Part shown: positions 50,262 to 61,273 of the stretch, piece by piece
Layout of the letters: each line of letters starts with the position of its first letter
How positions within the stretch are numbered: position 1 is the stretch's first letter
NCBI GenBank assembly: GCA_038496445.1
Contig: JALMLS010000525.1
Location: 62,001 to 126,000 of the forward strand
Length of the DNA stretch: 64,000 nucleotides
DNA from: Trichosphaerium sp. ATCC 40318
Lineage: Eukaryota; Protista; Tubulinea
Direction: 5' to 3'
The notes under the pieces: model-generated
Seen by the model: the letters and a program-made list of their open reading frames with translations, nothing else
Database searches by the model: none
What the model was told of the DNA's origin: nothing
Program-made: the position numbers and the translations under genes

Positions 50262-53134
50262 TCAATGCCATCTTTCTCTGCCTCTTACACTTGATGTTTG
50301 TAATAAATCTCCACCCCATAATGTGTACTTATCAAATACAGAAGGTGGAGCTGAATTGCTTAAAAGCTGACTTACTTCTGCTAAAGATAATTTTGGTTTT
50401 TTTGTCGTTTTTGGCTTTGATAGTGTTTCCCATTCTTGCGCTGTTGGTAGCTTTCTATGTGACATGTCATATGGTTCTGGCAATGTATTACAACGTAGAG
50501 GAGATATTGATTTCGTATTTAAGATTGTTTCAAGTTGGTTAGGCTTAAGTGAAGACATCGTGTTATGACCTTCGAAGTATGTTGTCAAAGAAACACTTTC
50601 CTCTTCTGAAGATGCCCTGGCAACTGATTCGTATACTGTATACGATCGATCAGGTTTTGCATCTCTTTTATGTTTTACACGTATTATAAATCTAGGTAGT
50701 ATCCTATTCTTTTTATACAACGCCTATCAATAAACGGTCAATAAAAAAAAAACCAAGAAAAAAACCAAAAAAAAAGAAAGAAGAAAAGAAGAAACAAAGC
50801 TTTGTTTGTTGTAGTCCTCCTCAGGATTTTTCTCATGTTTATCGAGACAAAAACCAAAGATAAAAAAGGAGCTGACCAACTCATTAGTGTTGAAGCTGAC
50901 AACACCTTACGTAAAAGCATGGAGGTTTTAACAACAGAAAATCTAAAAAAGACACAAAAGAAGAAAATGTTTGTTGTTACCATTTCGTTGTATTTAAATC
51001 GATCTGCATCTTCCAGATCGACAAGTGGTTCGCCTTTTGAATTAACTAATAATCAATTAAATCAAATAAAAACATTGACAGTTTACAGCAAACACTCTAA
51101 GATTTAAGTAGGTACCTAAAGCGTAATGTGATTGGTACGTAAGTCTTCTTGTTGGACTTCCTTTCACAAAAGGAAACGTATTGCCTGGTATCACAAAACA
51201 AAGGCACATCACTTTCTCTTCTGGGTGATGAGGACTGTGAGGAGCCATATTTTCGAAAGAATATTGTCCACTATGCGAAAAGTACATCCCTGGAAAAGAA
51301 CAAAAAATCAGAAAAGAAAAAACAAAGATAAAACAATTGATCTTTTTCAATTTTTGGACACGTGCCTTTACCAAAAATGCCGTCATGATCGAAATTACAT
51401 TCACTTAGATTTAACCTTTTACAAAATTGCCATATTTCTTTTGAAGAAGAACCACCGTAAAGCATAGGCACTACTTTTACCTAATTTTTTTTGGATTAAT
51501 ATTTTGTAATGAAAGGTTTGTTTTTCAGTTTTTACGTACACCTGACGTTGTATTCCATGTGAATTGACTTTTAAAGATATCCCAATTTTCTAAGGTATGA
51601 TTACAAGTATGCACATGTTTTACTACTGTATTCCAATCTAAAAGAAACAAATAAACAATTTGCCAAAAAAAAAAATAGGTAAAAAAAAAAATCAAGTTTT
51701 TTCAAATCAGCGCTCTTTTCTACTTCGTGAAGTACTGTGGAGATTAAAAATATTTCGACGTACCTGTTATAAGGTCATTACGCTTGCTATGTCTAAGGAC
51801 TTGTACTTTATGTAACTCTGAAGATAAGCAGTGTTCGAAGCTATCTGAAAAAAAAAAAATTCAGCAATCTAATTTCCGGAAATAGTAGCTCACCTTGCAT
51901 GCCTACATTATGAACCTAAAACAAATAGAAAATAAGATAATGATCATACTATTGAATTCATATAACTATATATGACGTTACGTACTGCTATCGCACGTGT
52001 TAAAACGAGATTATTGAAATCTAGTCTATCAAGAAGAGTTTTTAGTTGTTGGTATGTCTCTCGATGTCTTATTCCCTTGACTTTATCAAATACGACGCGA
52101 GCCCACGTTCCATTTTCTGTAAGAAAAAATATCAATCACACGAGCATGCATCAAAAACATAACAACAAGGACTGTACAGAGCTGTTTCTTTAGATGATGT
52201 GCTTACTTTTTGATCGCCAATGTTTTGCATTTAAAAATGCGCTTGACCAAACCCAAGGAGAATGTTCTCGTGTAGTAAGGCGTAGCCGAATAGCTGCAGC
52301 ATCAAGCTAAGCATTTAATTAAATAAAAATCCCGTGAGTAAAACAGAAGAGGAAGTACCACGATCATCGTGAAGTTTACTCTTAAAAAAATCACGCAAAT
52401 TGAAAAAAAAACAACCAAAATTGTTCACTTTTCATTAGTCTTACCTGTGATACTCTCGTGAGAGTACGAAACTCTTCGTGATCGCTATCGTAAAATTCGA
52501 GATCAAATGATTCTTTGAGGTTGTAATTCTTTCGTAGTTGGCGTTTAATCGATTGTACAGAGTCTATTTGAACCTAAAAGTAGAATTATAAAACAAAAAA
52601 AAAAAAGATACAAACGTACGAGTATAATGTCTCTTACGCCATTAAGAGACACTAAAGCCTGTTCTAGCTTATATCGCTTCGAAGCACTTACATCCAAAAA
52701 TTTTATTTAGCCCACGTGTTACGAAAAGACGTTTTGACGCAAAATAAGGAAAGAACGAAACAAAACAACGCTACTATCGATGGGGAAAAAGAAAACAAAA
52801 AAAAAGATTGCAAAAAAAGTTTGTAAGTTACTTACGAATAGAGTTACGCTTCCCACGTGATGATGCGCTATTCACTCTCTTTGGTATAGACTTTGTTTTG
52901 TTTTTAGCGTGTTTTTGAGGTACAGCAAAGGAGCTTCGTTTATGAAGAAAGCGTGATAACCTCCTCTTTGAAGGAGATTTTACAGAAGACATTGATGTTT
53001 TCCTTTGGGTTTCTATCTGGCCTGTACCTGCCATTATTCGTTGCTGTAAACGAGATGTGATTTGACTTAAAAAAGGTGTTAAATATGGCTTAATGTCTCA
53101 TTGTAAGATTGTTTACTTCCGTTGGTACTTCCAT
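50262..53134 (-). CDS. PARP/ADP-ribosyltransferase catalytic-like domain protein (start uncertain, 53034 or 53134)
   Basis: Spliced VPMLYGGS...DHDGIFGK|GMYFSHSGQYS...VMCLCFVIPGNTFP...YQSHYAL|VNSKGEP...YNEM|ALYKKNRILPRFII follows the order of PARP-fold motifs. Confidence 0.65.
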
Positions 53135-53846
53135 TATGACAATCAATTTATTGTCACTAATTGGAGGCGAATAAAACAGTACAGAAAAATGGTTGTTAAA
53201 AAGGCACGTGGACAAGAATTTAAAAATTGAAAATCTCAAATTAAAGATAAGGGTAAACACTGTATCTTTTTTTAATCGCAAGCAATTTCACTTTGAGAAC
53301 GAAAAAGATGTGACAGCTTTGTTTGCAAAAAAATAGTACTACATAGCCGAGATTAATGCTTTAGTGATACTGCGCGGTGTACGCTGCTATAATGACCCTA
53401 ATTACTGTACAACGTTATAAACTCGCGTTACTATGCCTTTGATATTACAATAGCGTCCGCCGACATCTTTTCAAACGCCTGTATTTGATTGGAATGTCTA
53501 GCTCTAATCAAGTTACATTTTGGCGCACATCCCTAATCATTACGTGAACATATATTTTAGGTAATACCTAGCCTTCAATTAATCGCTTGCGTGAGGTGCG
53601 CTTTCATATCTTACGATAACGTGGCCACAAGAACCTCAAAATAACAACAAAAAAAAAAGGCGATTAAAAAACCAACAAAAGTCTTACTGTTTTTTGTTTA
53701 TTATCGAGAATGAGGTTTATGTTTCATGTGGACTCTTCTGTACTTAATATAGAGTCAATTAGCAACCACTGGGACGCAAAACTGTTGAGATTTAAAACAA
53801 TTCCACTAAACAATTGTCTTGCAACTTTTTTATTAAACTGAGATGC

Positions 53847-55782
53847 TTAATTTTCAGCTTTCATCCATGGTCTCCATGCGTGGTATGGCTCCGACACGAG
53901 CCCCAAAGGGCATTTACTGCAAGCGTAATCGGGTCCTTGATACGGTGCAACCCATTGCATTGGAGTCACCATATCAGATGCGTAGTATTTCAGTCTATCA
54001 GTGAGCTGAGCAACCTTTGCAGCGTTGGCAGCAGAAACATCATTTTTTTCGTTTGGATCTTTGTCAAGGTCGAACAAGTACACGTGACCAGATGTCTTCT
54101 TGTTAGGGAGGTCATAGCACTCGCTAAGAAGTTTCCAATTACCGATACGAATAGCTGCCTGTCAAAAACAGTCAGTACGAAAACGGCTTAAAGAGTTTCT
54201 TCGTGCCTTTGGTTTTCCAGCCTGACCTGCTGAACATAGAGGATTGATGTTGTACAGAACTTCAGTTCTTGGAGAAGGTGTTCCTTTAGTTAAGGACTCC
54301 CAGATATCATATCCTAAGCAGTGTTGGGAAGGTGAATGAACAAAAAAACAATATTTACCATCTAGTGCTTTGTTTTTGGATACTGATCCACCCACCAAGT
54401 TAACAAGCGTTGGTAACCAATCTGTCACGTGGTAAAGTTCATGAGAGATGGTACCTGGATTGGGAAGAAGAGGCGAATACAAAAACGCAGGTACATGCGT
54501 TCCACCCTGAAAACACGGATTAGTAATTTAATCAATCAAAAGATCTACAAACTTGCCTCCCAAAGTTGCGTTTTAGCGCCACGCAGTGGATAATTTCTTA
54601 TCTCTGCTGCCTGTCCTTGACCAGGAGCACCATTATCGCTTGTGAAAACGATCTAAGAAACGTGTTAGTTACTGAAAACAGCAAGTCTTTTCGTGCTAGT
54701 GTATTTTTCATGAGATCATTCTTCTCAAGCGCAGCGTATATGTCACCAATCATATCATCCAGGCACGAAATCATCCCAAGGAGTATCTTAGGATCTCCTG
54801 TAGCATCAGGATAAAGATCTATCACAATTGTTAATCAAAATAATCGAAGAGATAACTAACCTTGGTATTTCTTGTCCACTTGCATAGGTGCATGCACGTT
54901 TTGGAAAGGAAGGTACAAGAAAAATGGATCTTTATCTTTCGCACGTTCCTCTAGATATTCTACTGCTCTATCACGAATGATATAGGCACTGTAAGTTCCA
55001 TTTGCTGTAATATCGATAGTGTTGTTTGTATTCCAATCGTAACCAAGGTATTTGTTCTTGACAGTACCATGCTCTAGTTTTAATATTAGTTACGAGCAGA
55101 AACAACAAAACCTCAAACCTGAGCAAGCCGCTGCCACATGTCCATAGTATGAACCACATCCTTGATAGTAACCCACTTGTGAGTCGAATCCTCGCGAATT
55201 AGGTACATAATCAGACGTGTACATTCCCAAGTGCCACTGAGTAATAACGTTAAAACAAAGATCACAAAAGGAGGGAAAAAATAACAAAACACGTGCCTTG
55301 CCGAATAGTGCAGTTTTGTAACCGGCTTCTTTCATGTTTTCTGCTAGAAATACTTCGCTCTTATCAATACCCCATGGTGTGTCCCAGTATATCACGTTAG
55401 CTTGAGTACCCAATCTAATAGGATAACGCCCTAAAAGTGAAAAAAGTTTACAAACTTGTTCAAAATAGCCGACTTTGGTTTTGGAAAGTAATTTTTAGCT
55501 TACCTGTCATCAAGGCGCTTCTCGTAGGACTACATATAGGTTGAACGTAGTAATTCTTAAGTTGTATACCCCCTGTAGCGAGTTTATCGATATTTGGCGT
55601 TACGAGGCCTCTGGTAGAGTTTTGGTATCCCAATTCGTTCCATCCTAGATCGTCCTGACTTTCTTTAGTGTTTACCGTGGTAATTTGGTACGTACGGCAA
55701 CAATAAATACAATGTTTGGTTTAGCGGCTAATACAATGGCTACAAAGATAGCAGCCAACGCAAAATACTTCAGATATGCCAT
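53847..55782 (-). CDS. Secreted/lysosomal arylsulfatase (ARSB-like), 10 exons
   Basis: Signal peptide; KPNIVFIVA|DDLGW; formylglycine motif CSPTRSALMTG; GK|WHLG; NTL|IVFTSDNG; LWE|GG; HVTDWLPT; YLFDLDKDPNEK. Confidence 0.95.
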
Positions 55783-56228
55783 TGCTGCGTGTGCACACGT
55801 GAAAATAGTCAGTTTGTTTTCAAGGTGAAAGTTCTTTCTACTTTTTCTTAACCCAACTGTTGCTGACCTACACTGTAATATTAAGTCTGAGGCCTTGGTG
55901 CGTAATTATAGAAATGTAGTTTTTCTATTTGGGTAGAAGACTTTTCTGAGGAGTTTTTTTTTCAAAAGCGAAATCACGTGCTTGAAACGACAACCAATAT
56001 TTTAGGCACAAGTTACATTGGCGCTCAAAGTGTAACGTGCGTAGGAATGTACACATGGTTTCCCGTTACTGTATGAGGTTTTACAATACCAGTTTTGTAA
56101 GAATGGTGCCATTTCGAAGTACATTACATCAAACGTACGTCATCCCAAAGTTATAATATCCGTTTGTGAAGTCCAAACCAAAGTTAGTGAGAGACTGCTA
56201 CTCAGTGATAGTCTCCTGTAAAACGATA

Positions 56229-56302
56229 CGAACCCTGTGAGGTTCGAACTCACGACCTTCAGATTGAGAGTCTGATGCTCAAACCAACTGAGCTAAGGGA
56301 AC
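56229..56302 (-). tRNA. tRNA gene or pseudogene with anticodon CTC (Glu) on a tRNA-Lys-like body
   Basis: GTTCCCT TA GCTC AGTTGGTTT GAGC A TCAGA CTCTCAA TCTGA AGGTC GTGAG TTCGAAC CTCAC AGGGTTC G folds as a cloverleaf; A and B boxes present; TTTT downstream; two U-U mismatches in the acceptor stem. Confidence 0.85.
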
Positions 56303-57014
56303 TTCAGTTAGTCCTATTTAAAACTATAGTAGCTATACGTATAACAATAAAAACCAGTTATTCTTTTCATTGAGCTAGAAAAAGTAGGCAATAGATTAAG
56401 CAGCCTGCTTTTATTGTGATTAAGCCAGCTTGGTAAGGTGAATCGCTACAACTTACTTTCATGTTATAGTTTGAAAAGGCGTGCTACACCCCATAGTCTT
56501 ATAGAAACGAATCTCAAACGCATGGATCAAATTTTCTATGATTATCAGATATGTTAGATTCCCGCGTTCTTGTTAATCTACAATACGATATTGGAGGAAA
56601 GAATACATCTCACTCACATCACGATTCTACTTGGATCAGCATAGCCAGATACTTCCCATTATTGGAAAAAATCTCATGTCAAGAAATAAATTACAAAATA
56701 GCACTTTTCTTGAACGTTGTTCTCCGGCATTGGTAGAACATCTACTCGCTGAAGTTGCTACCCGTAGAAATCCTACTTAGTAACTACCTCTCTGTTATCA
56801 AACGCCAGTAAAATGGTATTTCTACTGTCATAACAGCACAAGAAAAAACCCTACCAGTTTGTTCTTGATCTTTTTTCGACCGGTTAAGATAACATCGCGA
56901 CGAGGGTTTTGCCGCCTGTCGTATCCTTTTTGTGTATCTATTTAACTAGATACAATGTTGAAGCGATTATTAGTGGTGTTTAATAGCACATCCTCTTTTT
57001 ATTGTAGAAATCGG

Positions 57015-57322
57015 CTAGTTGCACGGTTTTTGAAATAAAACAGCGCCTAAACGGTTCACAATACATGAACATAGCTAGCACAAGGGTTTATGGGTTTATT
57101 CAATGTGGATTATCCATATTTGAGCATTTACACTACATATTTCAGTGAACTACCAACCATACAATCTGAAAAAAGAAGTTCTCGTTTAGTTGCACGTTTT
57201 TTGTAACAAAACATCGCCGATAAGGTTTCCACATGTGTAAATAGCTACCACAAGCCTTAGGGAGAGTTTCGAAATGTGCATTATCCATATTTGAGTAATT
57301 GCAATAGAAATTTCAGTGAAGT
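57015..57322. repeat. Diverged direct tandem duplication, two ~135-nt units at ~170 nt spacing
   Basis: tagttgcacg..ttttt..aaaaca.cgcc...atagcta..acaag...attatccatatttgag...atttcagtgaa occurs at ~57016 and ~57187. Confidence 0.75.
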
Positions 57323-58469
57323 GCACTCTGTATCCCACAATTTAGTTCTGATTAGGTTTTATGGGTATAAAATGAAATGAAAATAGTTTGTAAATTGTAG
57401 TAGTTGCAGTGTGTGCACCACGCGTGGGGCTTCCTAGCCATTTGGTCGAAAACATTTAAGGGAGTCCTCCGTCTAGCTTAGTGGGTGTATGCATTGCGAG
57501 GTGGAGTTGTTAAAGTTCCATCTTAATCCGACGTAGTGTGAAAGCTTGAATCGTTACATTAGCCAGCATGTCCTCGTAAGTAGCACGTAATTAACTTAGG
57601 AACTCGGTCTGGGCCAAGAAAATTATAAGGTCCGATATAGAGGTGAGTTCTGCCGTTAGGGAAAAGCTCTATAAAAACTTTGAGTAGGCGCTGTATAGCA
57701 GCCTATGATCGTTCTTTTTGTTCGTTTGAACCTTGAAGGCTCGCAACCTTCCCTCCGTTGTCCAAGGTAGCCCAATACCTAAAATGCGCAATGTGAACCA
57801 ACTAACGTCTGCAATGTTTAATAAAGGAAGAGAGATGAAGGCAACTACCTGGATTACTGGGAAATTTGCGAACAATTACATAAAGAAGATGGAGAAACAC
57901 TTTCAAGATTTTATACATCGGTAGCGAGCAGAGTTACAAAGATTCTGGTAAGTTTGAAAAAGAACCACGTGGATTCTTGGATAGTTATGTCAAAGGCAAA
58001 GTAATATGGCGTTGTTGTAGATGCACTTTTCGGTGGCATTGCATCACACCAGTTCGGTTGTATTGTTTGATAGACCACTGGACTTTTTACGAAACAATAA
58101 AGGGTAATGGAGAGTATTGATTTTGTTGGTCATACGTTTGAGGAAAACGGACACAAGAAGGCCTACCTTACATATAACAACGACAGTCATCACTACAAAT
58201 TAAGCATACAATGTAATGAACAGCTGAGTTCTTTTTACAGTGTATTTATTCGCCTATTTTCTGGCCGATTCTAACTTTTGGCTCGCCTTAGAAAGTGCTT
58301 TCAGATAATAGTCACAAAGTGTCAAAACTTGCACAAACAATAGTTTCAAAGTAAATCCAGCTAACCTTACATTATCGGCTAAGTAATTCGATGTAACCTA
58401 ATCCAGAGTTGTGTTCCACATTTGTCTCATGAATGTTGCTGACTGCATTTGTAACGTAAACTTCTAGCA

Positions 58470-60847
58470 ATGGCAGCTCAAAGCGGCTTCATTGATCAAG
58501 AAGTAGAAACCTCTTTTAAGAGCGAAGGTAAGCATTCCACTTGTTGCGTGTTAAATTAACGAACAATTTTGTACAGGCATTACGCTAGATGAGGCACAAC
58601 AGAATGTTCCTGATCAGTTTAAGAAGAAATCAATGTCGGCAAAGGTAGAACGCATCGCCCATCTCCTTTTGGCGGTGTTCTTTTCTTATGTCCTTGGGTT
58701 ATTCGGAGTACACTATCTTTGGGTATTTGCGTTGTATATTTTCCTGTGCGTGTCAAAAAAAAAAGCGGAGCTAAAATAATCACGTGATAACAATTTCATT
58801 TCACCTTTTTTCTTACAAATACTCACACTACGCGCGTAGATATAACATAGAGAACTCAATATTCAAACATGGATTCAAAATCGCCAGACAACGCCACGAG
58901 GCAAGAGCAAAAGCAAGAAAGGTACCCCATCATCGGAGAAGACGTTTTATTTTTGCCTAAATACAAAAAAAGATACGCCTACGATCCGAATCTTCAGAAT
59001 GGTTAAACCTCTTTATTGAACGCGCATGGCCTCAGATAGGACCGTGGGTATCAAATGAAGTTAAAAAAACGTTAAAGGCAACTTTTGAGAAAATAATGAC
59101 TGATACAAAGCCTCCAGGCGTCGTACGTGTTAATCGTCCCATTCTCTTGTTTAGTTTTTACATGTAGAGCGACTTGCAAGTAGCGCGCATAGATTTTGGC
59201 GAACTTGGCCCTCAGTTCAAGCAGTTCAGAGGTATACGTGTAGAAAACTCCCACATATACGTACGGATGAGCACAAAAAGCATTTTTTTGTTCAACGAAG
59301 AATTAACGCTATCGACGTGTACTCGCTCTAAAACGTTTTTATTATAGCGTGTGGACCTTGATTTAGAGTATGACGGTGATTTTGAAATGGAATTGCAAGT
59401 AGTTATGCTTCATATACATGTACCTATTGTCCTCAAACACATCTCTGTACATGGCAGGTTACGTGTAGAGCTAGAATTATGTGAGGCGTTCCCTTTTGTA
59501 AAGACAGTATATTTTTGCTTCAAACGCAAGCCAACTCTGTCATACAGTATCAAACCACTTAATTTTGATATTTGTAACATTCCAGCTTTCAAGGTACGTC
59601 CGAAAGAAACATGTCTCTCTGATTGTGAGTCTGCTCTTACCCAGATCCTAGACATGGCTGAAAGATGCTATTGACTTGAGCTTGAAGAATTTTGTAGTTT
59701 ATCCTAACGTTTTCACTCTGAACTTGATGACAGAGGAACAGTTAAAAAGCCTTGCGTGCGTTATTTTCTCGTAGAAGACTATTAAGAAACTAATCGGCTT
59801 TTTTTTTCCATTAGTCCAAAACCTCTACTTGGTGAAGATGCTGGGTTCCCAAAATCGTCATTGAAAGTTGAAAAGGCATATAGTACATCTGATACGAGTC
59901 TTAAAAGACAAATAAAGAGGGTATACTCCCCAGCAAACGAGCAGGTAAGGTTCTTTTGAAAAAAAGTATAAAAAAGTCTAAATTTTTCTTGTAGGGCAGT
60001 CCAAGACTTCGTGTACTCATTCTAACCAATGTTAAATATTAATTTATGTTCTTTAGAAAAAGCTGAGCAAAAAGAGATCAGAGCAATCATTAGATGATCA
60101 CAAGAAACGTGAAGAGAGAAGGTTAAAAGAAGAGAAAAAACAACACAAAAAAGAAATATCATCAATGCTTGATCGTATACATCGAGGTGAGGATAAAAAA
60201 CCAGGCTTAATGAAGACCAAGAGTATAAGAGTAACTCATGACAGTGACGGTACGTTGATTTAGAATTTTTGAATACCACGTGAAATACACGTGACCCGAA
60301 ATGACGTACAATCTTTTTCTTATTTTTTTTCTAGATGACGAACATGTTGATGCAATACTTCGTATTACCCTCAAAGCTGCGAATAATCTGATTGTTTCTG
60401 ATATCAAAACATCAGACCCTTATGTACGATCCCCTAAATACCCATGTGTATTCAAGCTAATCTGTTGTATTTAGGTTGTTATGAAATACCAAGGCCGTTT
60501 GAAAAAATCAAAAGTTTACAGAAAAACACTTAAGAGTGAGTTTGGGAAGGATACTGATTTCGAATTTGCTGTGAATAGAGATAACCAAGATCAAACAATT
60601 CATTTCATTGTAATGGATTGGAACAGAATAACAGAAGATGATTTTATGGGAAGGTAACTTATTTTTGAAGAACAACTTAAAACTCAAAGCGCTTTTTCTA
60701 ACTTTTTTTTTCTTCTCAAATAGGTGTTCTGTGGATGTTACAGAACTTGTTTCCAAGACAATTGATGGTTTCATCGAGAGAGAGATAAGACTTGAAAAGG
60801 TTAAACATGGTAGCTTGGCAGTAAGAATAGATTATGTACTTGATTGA
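58470..60847 (+). CDS. Extended-synaptotagmin/tricalbin-like protein (TM hairpin, SMP domain, C2 domain)
   Basis: Hydrophobic hairpin FSYVLGLFGVHYLWVF; ESSEWLNLFIERAWP (SMP start); HGRLRVELE...FPFV; C2 ILRITLKAANNLIVSDIKTSDPY|VV...VMDWNR. Confidence 0.9.
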
Positions 60848-61273
60848 TTGTAGCACTAGTTCTTGTAGAGGACACGAATAATAATTTACTTTTTTGAATT
60901 TGTACTATGAACAATAAGATTACTTCGAATGCATCTTCAATCCCTTGTTATTTAACTGAATCTCACTTACTAAATGTAAATAACAAACAGTTGGCACAAG
61001 CGTATTATCTAGGGCTTGAAGAGTCAGCCCCGTACGCCGTAAAAGGTAAAATCGGAAGTGCTAAGGGAGTATAATGAAAAGTGCTTTTCCTCACCACAGT
61101 GAGATTGTCCAATTGCTAGACGAAGAAGTAATTGTTATGCATTTCCTAGTTACCAAAAAGAAAGAAGCTTCATGAATCTCACATGCTACAAGAACTGTGT
61201 TTTTAACTTTTTTTATTCTCGAACAACTTGAACCAAATTATCAAGTAATGAACGTATGTTAACAGAAGGTGTA

